Shown here: piece after piece, positions 40,701 through 55,700 of the stretch | How positions within the stretch are numbered: the first letter of the stretch is position 1 | How the letters are laid out: each line of letters opens with the position of its first letter | From: Camelus ferus | Taxonomy: Eukaryota | Direction: 5' to 3' | Length of the DNA: 64,000 nt | Assembly: GCF_009834535.1 (NCBI RefSeq) | Contig: NC_045697.1 | Coordinates: forward strand, 54,438,001-54,502,000 | The notes under the pieces: model-generated | What the model was told of the DNA's origin: nothing | What the model saw: only the letters and a program-made list of their open reading frames with translations | Database searches by the model: none | Position numbers and translations under genes: made by a program

Positions 40701-43700
40701 ACACATTTGAAATTGTTTCTGTAGCCTTTATGCTTGAAAGGCAGCTTGGATGAAAGTAAAGTTCAAGGCTTTTACTTTCTTCCTTGATACTTTTTTGTAT
40801 CTTATTGTTGGGAAGTATGATGCCAGTTTACTTATCTGACTCTTAAGTAATCTGATCTTTTTTGCCTTGAGTCCTTTTATATTTTTTTTCTTCTGTATAT
40901 TTTTTCATCTGTGAAGTCTAATAGTTTTACTAGAATATAACTCAGGGCTGATCAGTCAGTTGTTCCAGGTACACCAAGAGCCCATTTTGATCCATAGATT
41001 TGTATTTCTTTTACTTACTTCATCCCCTTTAGGGGAGGTGGATTGGATCATTTTGGTTCTTGGTTATTAAATTTCTGATTCAAGGTGGGGTTTTTTTGTG
41101 TTTATTTTCCCAAATCTTCAAGTGTTTGTTATAAAACAGAAGTGTTAGTTATAATTATAAGCATATATAATTCACTCAATCAGGTTTACTCTACCTTGTG
41201 ATTAGTTTGGGGGAGAAATTTTCAGTAGCTGAAATGTTTTGATTCTAATTTTTTGTCTCCTTACATCACCTTTGCTTGGTAAACTGATTTTTTTCTGCAA
41301 ATTTTTTTGGATGGGATAAGGGTTTTGGGTGCTTGTTCAGACTTCTACTTCTAGATCCCCTCTTCCTCTTCTCTCAGGATACTGAAAAAGGAGTGTCTTT
41401 AATAAATGATTTAAAAAAATTTTTTTTAATATTTTTGGTGCATAGGTGTTGGTATATCTTATTGATCTTTTTGATTTCTGCCAAATCCTACTTAACTTCC
41501 TCTCTTACTTCCTTTTTCAGTCTTCCCTGTCAAAGAATATCTCCCCCTTTCTGTTTACATCATTATCTCCCAGAGCAGTCCTTTCACCATAGCCATTGTT
41601 GAGATCTGCCGGATTTCATACATGTTCAGTATTTTTGCACTTCATGTGGGACCTTCTGTTTTCTCAGGATGATTCTGACTGCTTTGTCACGTTAGGCTTT
41701 TCATTGTCTTTTCTGTGTTTACATGCTTCCTGTTCTCTGTGTAGGCTTACAGCAATATGAAGTCCAGAAATAGTTCATTTGGGGTTTGGTGTTTGTTTTT
41801 TTATTTATAAGTAATTTGAAGTTCATAATATTCTGTTTCTTAGTAATGCTGAAGCCCTGCCACTGGTTTATTTCTCTTTTTGTGGATATGTATCAGTTTT
41901 GGAGACTGTGTGAGGAAGTTCAGGTTTAAGCCATAGTCATTATCCCAGGATAATGAAAAATTCCCGGACTTGGATTTTGTTTATTAAAAAAATATAGAAT
42001 CTTGAGAGATGGTGTACCTAATGGTAAGAATAGAGCTGGGGAGTTGGACTTTCTGTGTTCAGATTCTGGCTTCCCCACTTATTAGCAGTAAAATTTTAAA
42101 TAAATTACTTAATCTTTCAAAGTTTTAGCTTTCTAATTTGTATGATAGAAATTATATTTCTGAGGATTATTTTGAAGATTACATTTGGACTTAATATACA
42201 ACTCAGAGTAAATGTTCAAATTACCTGCTTCTATTAGCATTCTTGTCATTGTTTTTAATATTATCACTACCAGCAATATCTCTGCCTTCAAAAATGGCAC
42301 AGTTTATGAAATTGTAATCCAAGGTGCATTTAGTGCTAAATAGTTGTAAAATAATGAGATATAGAAAAATTGAAATGGAGTGGGTAGGCTAGTGAGTAGA
42401 TATTAACCTCTTTCTGTATCATAGATCTTTGATTATGTAATAAAAGCCTTCGTTCTTCCTCCCTACATGCACAAGTACTGTTATTTTACATAGGATTTCA
42501 GATTAATTGAGCCCTACTTGGATCCTAGATTGAGATTATAGTTACTGATATCAAAAGTATAGGCAGAGAAAGAGAAACCATAGCTCATGAAGAGATCTTT
42601 GTCCCAAATAAGAAATTGTGCTAAAGTAATAACTACAAAATTCAGTTCTCTATTGTTTCCTTAAAAATACTAATAAATTTTACTTTGAGAAACATCATTT
42701 CAGGTTTTAAGTATGCTAATGAAAACTTTGTGATGATTGGCTCTTAGATTAGATTAGTATGTAAAACTGCCATTACTCTCTTTTTTCCTAAACTGCCTTT
42801 TCTAACAATGTATTAACTCATTTTTACAGTTTTACTTTTTATTTATCACTTCAAGCACGAATGATTGCTTCCTTATCACTTTTTATGGCTCATTTTATTT
42901 TTATTTACCTAGGTTAAAGGTTTTTCTATATTAAAACATGTTTTTAAAAATTCTAGTTGTTTGTAAATATTGACTGATGTCACAGAACTGTTTTTTAACA
43001 AGAACTATAAATGGTAGATAATCCAATTAATTATAAATTGTGCCCTAGTATAACAACAAAGAGTCAAAAAGTGAAAATAGGGGAGGTACTGGTAAAGAAA
43101 AATACTGCTTAGGGTAACTAACATGCAGTTGGATCTTTTATTATGAGACTGGGACTCTTTTAGGACTTAAAAACTATTTAGTAGGGAAATTGAATACCTT
43201 TTTTAAAAGTTAAGCTATAATTATTCTCACATTAACTCAATACCATGTGGATACTCTAAAGATTATTGTCTTTCCTGGCTTGTGTTTCAGCCGGAAGTAA
43301 ATACTGACATTGTGCGTTGGCTCTCTTGGACTGCCCGAGGCTTTTTACCCCCACTTGCTGCAGCAGTAGGAGGTGTTGCCAGCCAAGAAGTATTGAAAGC
43401 TGTGACAGGAAAGTTTTCTCCTTTGTGCCAATGGGTTAGTGCTCTGTTTTTATATTTTTTTATACTTAAAGTTGAATTATCTACCAATATAATGAATATC
43501 TGTTATGACTTACAGTATTAATATGTTATGAAAGAACCTTAAAATATTTTTTGATGCATGAGTTAGATGTGATATGCCACCGAAACTTAATTCTACAATT
43601 AAAACTGGCAGGATCATTTGTTGAGGCTGTCGGGTATAACCTAGAGTTGCATTCGAGGATGTATTTATGAGAGGAAAAATGAATTTTCTATCCTTAGATT

Positions 43701-46700
43701 TAGTTCTGCTACTATGTAGCAGTCATGAGCTTTCAGGACTCTTGAACTGTTCTGTGTAATCTTTTGGCATCATAAATCTTCACATTCCCTAGTTTCTAGG
43801 TATAAACTTATAAAGGTAGAAAGCATAGGAATGGTAAAAGTTTGGCAACTATGTAGGGGAAAAACCCTTACTTCTATTAACAGAAGGAATAATTGGCAGC
43901 ATTTATCAAAGGACACTATCTTGTTTTTTGTGTTTTAAAAAGTTAATTTTAATAATTAAAATTTATGAAATTTATAATTAAATTTATTATAGATTTAATA
44001 ATGCTATTTTGCTGCAGAATCATTTGGTTTATTTTAACAGAGTACAAAAGTCTGGTTTTAGATATAACTATTAACAGCATTGCAAATATGAATTAGGTTA
44101 TTAATACAGATTCTGTGTTGTCAAATAAATAACCATTTATTCTCATGTTCAGATTTAGCCATATAAGTTACTTAAAATGAAAATGAGAATGAGACTCAAC
44201 AGTTTTTTCTCATTAACTTGAACTAATTCTGTTTGATATTTTTGTAAATGCTGAAATTATGGCTTCCTAGACCGTTTCCTCTGTAGTATAAAATATATAT
44301 AATTATAAATGACATATAGTAAATAGAGACTAAGTATTTTCTTATCAAACGTAATCAATTATTTACTCAAATGTAGGTGACATTGAACAAACCTTCCAGA
44401 GTTTTTAAGTAGTTATAAGAAACAGATTTGGAGGTGAAATTTCCTTTCATTTGTTAAAATTAGAATGTATCATCTTTAAGATGGCTAAGTGACATGAACC
44501 AAATTATATCTTTTTACAGTTCCTCCAGATTTAATGTTTCAATGAAAGAATATAAGGAATGTATATTGTATAAAAAACAATTCTGTGTTTTAGTCTATTA
44601 CTTTACTCTGAATTGACTTTTTTTATTGTTTTCTTTAATGAGTATTAAATAACTACAGAAGAGAATTACTTTTTGTAGCAATTTAAGTTTTCTACATAAT
44701 AAGTTGTGTTTTTATCTTCTACTTTAAGTTATATATTGAAGCAGCAGATATTGTCGAATCCCTAGGCAAACCTGAGCGTGAAGAATTTCTCCCACGGTAA
44801 TACTGACATTTTTGTTGCTTTTTTCTTAGTTGTATGTTTATAAGAGGCAACCAGATTAAAAGTTTTTGTTCAAATATGCATTTATTTTAGATATCTTTTC
44901 TTCTAACTCACCTCTGCAGTCATTTCTTCTCTACTTGGAGGTCAAGTGTCATAATAATGCAGTATCTTTGCCACTTTATAAATGAGTATAAAACTTTTAA
45001 GTTGTATTTGATAAGAATGGTTTGCTTTCAAAACACCATTCTGATTTTAGATGAAAACAGTTGCTACTTGAAGCTTTTATTTATTTATATCAATCATTCT
45101 TCACCTTTTTGGGTCACAAATCTCTTTGAGAATCTGATGAAAGCTTATGGATTCATTCTCCCCAAAATACACATAACCCATAGTTCTGCCTTCAGTTTAA
45201 GTGAGTTAACAACTCCAAAGCCCATCTATAGACTTATCTACAAACCTTTATTAAAAATCCCTGCCTTAAAAAGTTTTTTCTAGATAAACTAAGGTCACTT
45301 TCACTTAAGCCATTTGGACTTAGGTTGTTAAGTCAAATGGAAAAAAGAAAACAGTCTTTTCTCTTTCAAATAAGATAATTTATCCTTTGGTTTGGAGTAT
45401 TCTAAGTACAATATTAAATTGGTACTAACATTAATGAAACTAATTTTTTTTTATGCCTTTCTATTTTCTTGGTATGTGTTGTTTTCTACAGAGGAGATAG
45501 ATACGATGCATTACGAGCCTGCATTGGAGACACTTTGTGTCGGAAGCTACAGAATTTGAATATCTTTTTAGTAAGTAGGAATAATGATGAGAATAAATGG
45601 TACAAACTGCTATTGTATATCAAATTAATTTATTAAAGGAAATTTTAGTACAGTTTCTAACTAACAGAGTATACATTCAGAAAATATTTAAAACAGGAGT
45701 TTGCAGACTGTGGCTTGGAGACCAAATCCATCCTGCTGCCTGTTTTTATAAATAAAGTTTCACTGCAACACAGCCAGGCCCATTTATTTATATATTGTCT
45801 GTGGCTTCTTTTGTACTATAATGGTGGGGTCGAGTAGTTGTGACAAATACCATATGGCCTACAGAACCAAAAACATTTACTGTCTAGCCCTTTACAGAAA
45901 AATTTTGCCAACCCATCATCTAAAGAATTAATATGGGGGTTGGGGGAAGGGGGTACAGCTCAGTGGTAGAGCACATGCTTAACATGCACAAGGTCCTAGG
46001 TTCAATACCCACTACTTCCATTAAAAAAAATTTTTTCTTAAAAACCTAATTACCCCCAAAAAAAGCAAAAAAGAATACATGTAAAAGTAAAAAATGAGTA
46101 TAATAGTTTTGAACATTAAATGATTTTCTAGAAATATATTAAAAATTGTGAATGGAGGGGTTTATTTTTTGTTACCAAATAAAGGAATATATAGATGGAT
46201 CTGTCTTTCTTGAATGTCTTAGTGCATTGACAGGGAAGCTCTCCCCAATAGCATAAAACTTCTTTTCTTGACACTTACTTTTTTAAATTATAATCAATCC
46301 TTAAACTACTGCTGATTTTTAATATTCATTTTTAAAATAATATTTTGAAAATCAGTTATCGCTGAGCTTTTACATACATATAGAATCCATTAGTTTTTAC
46401 TTAAAAGTATTAGAATAGTTATATTCATCAAATAAGTTTAGAAAATTGTTTATAAATAAATAATCTTTTCCATTAAAGTGTTGTGCTGTTTTGTTCTGTT
46501 TGTTTCCAACTTATATAAAAAATGAGATCAATCTTTGGCATTTGTTTAGTATATTAGAATGTCTTCTGTTTAAAGGAATTGTATTATGCTTTTCCTTCTA
46601 TAACACTTAAAATGACATCATAAATCATTAAATATTTTAAAGTAAAATTGGTCATAAATGTTTAAATTATTTTTTAAGTATGCATTTATTACAACTTAAC

Positions 46701-49700
46701 ATTTGAAGAAAATTAAGATGAAATTGCTATTCTGTAAGTAGAAGTTTTCATTTTATTTAATCTGATACACTTTATTTTTCTTCTCCATAGGTAGGATGTG
46801 GAGCCATAGGCTGTGAAATGTTAAAAAATTTTGCATTGCTTGGTGTTGGCACAGGCAAAGAGAAGGGAATGGTAAGCTCTAAATCCTTGAGAGTTATAAG
46901 TTTAGATTTCTGTGGCTTCTCAACCATATTTGACTGCATGGATCTAAAGTATTGATTTTTGAGGCTAGAGCATTAAGCTAGAAATTGGAAGATACTGACT
47001 CTGTGACCTTGTGTCAAATTACTTGAATTTTCTGCTCCTCAGTTTCTTTCTCTAGTACTGTAAAACTGATGTCTCTACTGCTTCTCTTATAATGTAATTA
47101 TGAAGATCAAATGTGATGAGAGGGCTTTGTAAGTATAAACACAATAATATTGTTGTTATTTCTATTAGATACTACTTACTCATTACTAAGTAAATGTTTA
47201 AGATGGGAGAAACTAACATTAGATGGTAGCAGAGAACTCAGATATTGTTTCAATTGGTGATAATCAAAAGAAGAGTGAATAATATGAGTATAGTTTAAAT
47301 TCTTAAGACAATAAATGTGAGCTAATTAGGAAGCCACATCGTATATTTAAATAAAAATGTTTTATTGATGCTGTTTGCCTTTAAGATGTAAACTACAGTA
47401 GTGATTTCATAGATTTATTATAGTGACTAATAGTAATTAAATTAGTAAAATTTATGTAATAGTTCACATTTTATAGTTTTTTACACTTGGCTTAGTATTC
47501 CACTCAAAAAGGGTATTTGTTGGTATCACAGTTATAGGCAGATGTCCTACATTATATTATTCCTACTCAACATTTCCTAAATTGTGTCACAAGCCACTAT
47601 TAGTTCTGGGAGTTTTAAAAGGTATTTCTAAAAGAAAAACCCGTTGGTTACACAAGTTTGGGTATCATCTAAATACTTTATTACTTAGAAATTTATAATG
47701 CATATCAGCAAATAGAGGTCAGAAAAAGAACCATAGTAGACAAACCTACTTATTTCAGGTAACAAAACAAGGTGAGTTAATGTGGACAGATCTCTAATCC
47801 TACTACAAATACATGGTCTTGCTATATAAATTATTCTTTTTTAAAGTGTTCACATATGTAGCCAACTAATTAGAGTGGAGGAAAGAGAAATCCCTAGGTT
47901 CCAGGATCCAAGAGGTAAGTTAATTCCTGAGCCAAAAGTTGTGGTAACTCACAAGTGTTTCTAGCTTGAATATATATCCAAAACATTAGCTAAAAAGGGA
48001 AGTCATTTGTGAGAAATTGTAACCAAGAGCATGTGCCACACTGATGCATGGGGTCCATATAATTATATCATATGAAAACTTTAAGCAGAGAAATGAGTGT
48101 AACAAATTTAGGACCACTGAAAAAACCTTTAGAGCTCTGATTTAAACAAATGCAAAACTGCATCATGGTGATACTTACACACCGAGAGTACACAGGACTA
48201 TGCAGAGAAATCAATATCCATTCAAGACAATTCACAATGAAAAATGACAGTCTACTAATAAAAAGGTACCACCTCAAAGAACCAGCCGATGAAAATTGAA
48301 GAATTAACTCTCTAAGAGCGTACAGATGATAGGAATACTATGGATAATAGAACAAATAAAGTTTAAAGTTAAAATGAACAAAGGTATAGAAAAAAGAATA
48401 GAAACATGAGGGGGGAAAATGCACTGAAATTTTAACAACAAGCCAAGGAAGAATTTCTATGTAGTCAGTGAACCTAAAATTAAAATACAGCTGAAGTGAG
48501 AATTGACGAACAGAAGATAAATAAAAATACCCAGAATGTAATGTACAAAGATTCTTTTTTTAATGAAAGAAGATGCATTTGCATGGTCCAACTTAAGTGT
48601 AGTAGAATTTCCAGAGAAAATAAAAATAATAGAAAAGAAGTAATATATTCCAAGGATAATAACAAGTTTCCAGAGTTGAAGAGACAAGTTGTTCAAATTG
48701 AAAAGGTAAACTAATACCAAACAAATCAAAGGCAAAGGCAAAGATAAAAAGAGAGATTACTAACAGACTTCTCATCATCAATAAATGCACACCTGAAGAT
48801 AAAGAAGCATATTTCTTCATAGTGCAAGGGATTATCAACCTAGATTTCTATACCTAGCTAAATTATCTTTCAAGAGAAATAAAGATAACTGACAAGTAAA
48901 ATGATGAAAGATTACCACTTACTTGTTGTCATTGAAAGAACTGTGGATTAATAACATGGGCAGTGTGTGAAGCAGGGTAAGTAGAGGAATTTGTCAACAT
49001 TCTTAAATTTAAATAAGTGTTGATTTTTAAAACCTTTAATTAAAATGTTGACCAATTTGGGGGTGAGATAGTTAAAAATTAAGTGTTGTTTGATATCATG
49101 GAAAATAGAAGGGAAAGTTCAAATATTCTCTTAATTGTTCAGGAGGAAGATAAATATTTTTAATTTTAGATCATGTACTTGTTAAAGTTTTGAGAATGAC
49201 CACATAAAAGTAGAGGTTTAACTTCCAAACCAGTTCAGTGAGGGGTTGGCAGGAGGTTGAGGGAGGATTAAAACCAAGAAAACTTGACCAATCCAGTAGA
49301 AGACAGAAAAAAAAAAAAAAATGGGAGTGGATAAAAAGTGGGGTGGAGGGAGGTGGAAGAAAAGCCTTTTATCAGTTATCACAATAATTAGATACTAATT
49401 AAGCTTTCTGTTAAAACACATTTTCTGTGCTTTTTTTCCCCTTTTAAGAGACACCCTCTAAACATAATTACATAGAACTATTGAAAACAAATACACACAC
49501 ACAGACACACCAGGGAAATGCCAGCTTAAAAAAAAGTGAATGTGACACACACACACACACAACGAGGGAAATGCCAGGTTAAAAAAAGTGAACGTGACAC
49601 ACACACACACACACACACGAAATGCCAGCTTAAAAAAAAAGTGAATGTGTCTCTGAACATCAACATCTAACAACTAGAACACACTGAGAAATACTGCTCC

Positions 49701-52700
49701 TAGTGAAATCACAAATACTAGCTTAAGTGGCAAATGCATTGTGAATACTTTTTAGATTATCTTGCATCTGTTTACTTTTATCTTGCATCCTTTAGAATGG
49801 GGGTCTGCAAACTTTTTCAAAAGGACCAGACTGCAGCTGTTGTAAGCCTAAATACTGTTAAGTTTGTCACAACTAGTCAGCTCTGCCATTGTAGCTTGAA
49901 AACAGTCATAAACAATACTTAAACAAATGGCATCACAGGTGTTCCAGTAATATTTATTTACAAAAACCAGAAGCCTGCCTACACTGTAGTTTGTAGACCT
50001 TTGCTTTCGCAAGAGTTTCTTTCAAATAGAAACATGGAAATTGGTTAAAATTGAGAATAAATATGTACAGAAAGAAGAGCTGTCTTCTATGGCTATTCTG
50101 TTAGCATGTTTCCAAAATGATAGTGATGTTTAGCCTCAGTTTTGTTATGATAGTTAGAAAAAGTTTTGAACATGAATTGCAGTTTGGTTTCAAATGATTT
50201 GTTTAACATGTTCCTATGCTAAACATTAATTATCATTAAATGTAAGTATAAAAAGAGTAGTATTTGTAACCAGTTTTGGATTATTTGTTTTCTTATAACT
50301 TTTACCAGGCAAAATAATTTAGAATAACTTGTGGGAGTTGTTTTAGTCATTCACAGAAAAGCAAAGTAGATTTAAATTTATTTCTTAAGTACTTTCATCT
50401 TTTTTTTTTTTCTTGTATTAGGTTACAGTAACAGATCCTGACTTGATAGAAAAATCCAACTTGAATAGACAGTTCCTGTTTCGTCCTCATCACATACAGG
50501 TGTGTTGTTACACTGTTTCAAATTTAAATCATCTATTATATTATACAAAAAAAAAGGGAATTTCCTTTTTATAAATAGAAAATGGTGCTTGAACAAGCAT
50601 AAAGTGTTCTTTATTTTATTAGAATCTCTCAAATTATCAAATAGTGAGAATGATAATAGGGAAAATATATAATTTTTATATAAATATTACTTTTGCATAT
50701 TAAAATCTGAGTTGTGAATCATGGGCAATAATGGGCATGTTTTTTCATTTTATAATCAGGATTTGTCTATGTATTTAATCTTAGAAACATCTAATGATAT
50801 AGAAACAGTTTCCCTAATACGAAGTGTTTATGGATGACAAATTCGACACTCTTATTTTCCATCTTTATTACAAAACAAGTAAAGGTTAGCAGTTAGAACA
50901 TTTTGCTCTTTTGATCTTTTTTAATTATTTAACATCCCTTTTTATTATAAAGTAATATTTGTTTTACTCTTTTATATAGAGATCAAAATATTTAAGTCAG
51001 GAAAAACAGTTTAGTCAGTCAAGCAAATTTGCGTTTACTTTGGAAATGTTTTTCATTTTATTCTATAACATTAATAATCTTAGTAAACTAAACTTAGAAG
51101 TGTCATGAACAGAAAGTAATTAAAGCATACTTTTATGTAGTTATATAGTGACATAGTTAACCTAACAGTCTTACCAATTCAAATATAACGAACTAAGTAA
51201 CAGGGTCTCTCATGAAGCTAATTTATGTCACAAGATTAATTCACTGAACTTTATGCATTTTACGTACAGAAGAACTATAAAGGCCTGTTTGTTTTAACGT
51301 CTAACGAAGTTTACAATTTGTATGTATGCTAATAGCACTGAGAAGTAAAAACACATCAGCCTAACAGTATGAGAAGAGACAGATACCATTAAACTAGATG
51401 CATGAATTTAAACAGAATGGTCTATAGATATTTACTGTCAGAGCCAGTACTCTCAAATGAACTTTGATACTGCTTGAAATGACACCATTGGTTTAATAAT
51501 GATCACTAAATCTTTAAGAAAAGAAAGAGTACTCTTTTTAAAACTAAAATATATAATAATAATTTTTAAAATATTTCCATCTAAAAATGGTAAAATTTTG
51601 AAGAGATTTTAGTACCAAAGTATTAAATTACCATACCTCTGAGAGTTCATCTTCTGTAGAGCTTGGATTTCTAATATTTTACTGAATGTGTTCTTATTTT
51701 TTATCTAGGCACACATCCAATTCAAACCTCACTACTAAGGAAAAATGTACTTTTAATTAGACTTTAACTAATATTTTAAGAATTCTAAAGCACTTAGCTA
51801 TAAAAGGGGTTGTTTAGGTTTTATTAATAATGTGTGAATTACTCAAGCTAATGTGGATTATTAAATGTAGCATGACCACAATGAATGTAATTTCCACAAA
51901 CTAAAAATGAAAAGTGGTCTCATTACATTACTCTTCAAGCATAAAATGTGTTAAGTTCAATCATGGCCTATATTTATCCTGTTTAATATTCATTTCTTCT
52001 GTTTTTAAATATTATTTGTTTAGAAACCTAAAAGCTATACTGCTGCTGATACAACCCTGAAAATAAATCCTCAGTTAAAAATAGATGCACACTTGAACAA
52101 AGTATGTCCAGCCACTGAGGCGATTTACAATGATGAGTTCTATACTAAGCAAGATATAATTATTACAGCATTAGATAATGTGGAAGCCAGGAGATATGTA
52201 GACAGGTATGTTCTTGAAATTCAGGTTCGTAGAAATTGTCTCTCTCTTGTTTCACTTCATCTCCCATACCTGTTTATTGAAAAGTTAACTGAATTTTCTG
52301 ATAATTCTTTATGTTTTTATTATAGTTCTCCTCGAACCCAAACCATTTGATGGTTTCTCATTACACCTAGAATAAAATTTAAAATCTTTATCATGGCCTA
52401 AATGGTTTTCATAGAGTATCTGCTACCTGTCCACCACTCGAGCTTAAAATTTACTGTATCTCCCTGGCTCCCCTTATTCTTTCTACACATTCTTTTCTTT
52501 CAGTTCTTACAGGGGGCATCCATTAATTTTTCACCTCAAGTACTTGCACATACTCTCCTTCAGTCTCAGGAAATTTTATTTTTCTTATTTTAAAACTCCT
52601 GACCCCAAGTCTGCCTACTTGCTCTTCACCTCTTTTAGCTTTTTTTCCCTCATTCTTTCAATTTCAGCCTGACTGTCTTTATTCAAACAGGCTTAAGTTT

Positions 52701-55700
52701 GTTCCCTCATTATATCATTTATTCAGGGATTGTTTATTTTCCCATCACTGTATCCTCAAGTGCCCAACACAGGATGTCATTCAGTAAATATTTGTTAAAT
52801 AAGTAGATAAATAAATGACTATCATATATACACTTTACATAATCTTTCTTATTTCTTTATATGACCTTTAATGCTAGAGTACTAGAGCAGATTTATTAAC
52901 AGGAAAATTTACCAGTTGAGAATGCAGTAGAAAATTTGTAAGCTTGGACAGAGGAAGGCAAAAAGAAACTTTAAGAAATTGAAGTGTGTAGAATATAGAT
53001 ATTTTAAGTATTGAGAAAGAAGGTTTGGGATAGAGAAAACATTGAAAAGATACAGTGAGATAGAGCTTATAGTCAAAAAATAACCAAAGAAGAAATAGAA
53101 AGCAAGAGAAGAAAGGGTAACACATTAATTAAGAGTTAACTGAGAGGAAAAAAAGTTGAAACTCAAAATTTGGTTGGAGTAGTAATAGAAGGTAGAGACT
53201 AAAATTGCTAGGTTGACCAACAGAATTTGGGAGGAGGGGGGTGGAAATAATAGATTGTTTGGTGGTAATGTATCTGTTTCCTAAAATATTACATTCAAGA
53301 AGTGATCAACCTGTGAAATGATCAATAGAGAATGATAAGATGTCCTCTGCTTACATTGTTGTTGCTCACTTTTATGTTTGTAATCTATTTTCTTTTCAAA
53401 TAGCCGTTGCTTAGCAAATCTACGGCCCCTCTTAGATTCTGGAACCATGGGCACTAAGGGACACACTGAAGTTATTGTACCTCATTTAACTGAATCCTAT
53501 AATAGTCATGTAAGTGAACCAGTTTTTTAAATTAGTAGATGTCTCTTCTTTATATCTCATAATTTTTATGTTTCATGGTTTATCCAATTCATCAGTCAGG
53601 AAATTTGGTTTAGTGTCTTTAATCCCTTTTGTTTTTGATCTGCCAATGATGTCTGCATATGTGCATGGACACTCTTTGTAGTGTAGCTGAACTTACTTAT
53701 ATTAATCATCAGAATTTTGTTTCTGGTCTTTCTGGAATCTTATTCTTATGTTTACTGTTTATTTCTCAGAGCTACTTGATTAGTTTTCTAACAACTTTTG
53801 AACTGGTGACCCACTCAAAATCTTACTGAAGACTCAGTTTCTCTATAGGAGGGACCAAGCCATTTATATACATATATTTTATATAAATAATGTAGATATA
53901 GCTTTTTTTAACCTCCACAAGTGATTTTGCGATATTGCCAGAGTTGAAAACCACTGGTCTAGGAAATAATTGTAGGCCTTAGGATTTAAAAAAAGTCAAC
54001 CCAAGTTGTAAAATTAAGAGAAGAATATTATTTTATAAGCATGTGTCCCTTTATTTAATGGCCATGTTTGTTTTAGTATATTTTTAAAATTTTTGTAAAA
54101 TATGTTTTCTCCTTTACTGTCATGAAATCAGAAATTTATATAGCAAAAACATTATAGTAGACAAAATTGATCAGTTTAATTTGAAGGAAATTAGGTGGAG
54201 AAAATCATGATATGCTGGGGCCATACTGAAAGATTTTCAAAGTAGAGTATGTTATAAAATTCTAAAAGTTCCCTTGATTCTCTCATTCTACCACATCTTT
54301 CCTAAACCTCTTGTATTTATATTCTCAGACTTCATACTCAGGAAAGTCAGAATTGAATACTCTTCTGGCTTTCCTCTTTGGTTTCTAAAGTATTTCATGA
54401 TATTTATAGATCGACAAACTAAAATACAAATCTCTTATGTAGAGACAAAGTGAGTTGTTTTAGATTGGGTAAACCAATAAGACTAAATGTACCCTTTAAT
54501 AGAATATAGATTCTTCAATGATAATTTTTCACATGGCATAATACAGACATTTGCCATTTATTTAATACGCACTTTGTGCAAGAAACTGTACCAAGCATCA
54601 AGAACATATGATTCCTGCTTCGAAATATTTTTTCTCCATGGAGAGAGAAACTTACGGTATGCTGAGCATCTAATTGGGAATTCTTGAATTACTTTTCAAA
54701 GTAAGGAGTGTTGTAAATTTTTAAATGTCACCTTGATTCTTGGAGGAAAAAAAAACTTAATTATATATGGTAGTTTGTTATGAGTACTACATGGTACCAA
54801 AGGAGTACACAGATAATAAGTGTTAATAGAATTCATTGCTATAACAAGTGGGTTAAATGTCAGAAGAATCAGCTTTTCCTCTTAATGCCTAGGAGATAGA
54901 ATATTAAAAAAATGTTGGATTTATTTTATTTTTGAATTTTATTTTTTCATAGTCTTAAAACACTTAAGTAAATTCAATCCTTAAAAAATTGTCATTGCTT
55001 CTCTTTATTATTGTCATATTTTATAAATTAGCGGGATCCCTCAGAAGAGGAAATACCATTTTGTACCCTAAAATCCTTTCCTGCTGCTATCGAACACACT
55101 ATACAGTGGGCAAGAGATAAGGTAATAAAGTTTTTTTAAAGAAATTTTTCTTTGAAGTAGAAAAGACAATATTTCCAACTTCTAAACAGACTTCTATTTG
55201 TAATTTTTTTTCCTCTTTTCCTTTATAGTTTGAAAGTTCCTTTTCCTACAAGCCTTCATTATTTAACAAATTTTGGCAAACCTATCAATCTGCAGAAGAA
55301 GTCTTACAGGTAAAAATCAATACATTTTAATATAAACTCAACATTTTATGTCAGGGTAATCTTATTTTCAAGTTGCCTATAGTTTATTTTACTTCCTTAA
55401 ACAGAGAGTATAACATTATTATTGTATATAGTAAGTGTATGAGGAATCTTGAAATTAATGAGCAGGTCACAAATGACCCTTCTTTTTTTTAGTTTGGTTG
55501 AACTATGTGGAATTGCCAATATTTGACTATGTTAGACTCACAGAACAGCAATTCATATGGTTCAACCTAATAAGGATGTGGTAATAATGATCAGACAGCT
55601 ACAAATAATAAAACAGATTATTAAGATCTTTGGGAAAACCAAGTTCTAGTGAGAATTTCATGAGTGGACAGTAGTCTCCAATTTATTACTTTCATGGTGA

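Noticed and set aside
45950..46021. tRNA-Ala-like gene (also 56755-56823)
   Set aside because: Mismatched stems, G-rich 5' extension, shared non-tRNA tail and A-run indicate SINE copies rather than functional tRNAs.
49493..49652. CRISPR-like repeat-spacer array
   Set aside because: The spacers are simple CA runs, the context is a mammalian intron, and there are no cas genes.
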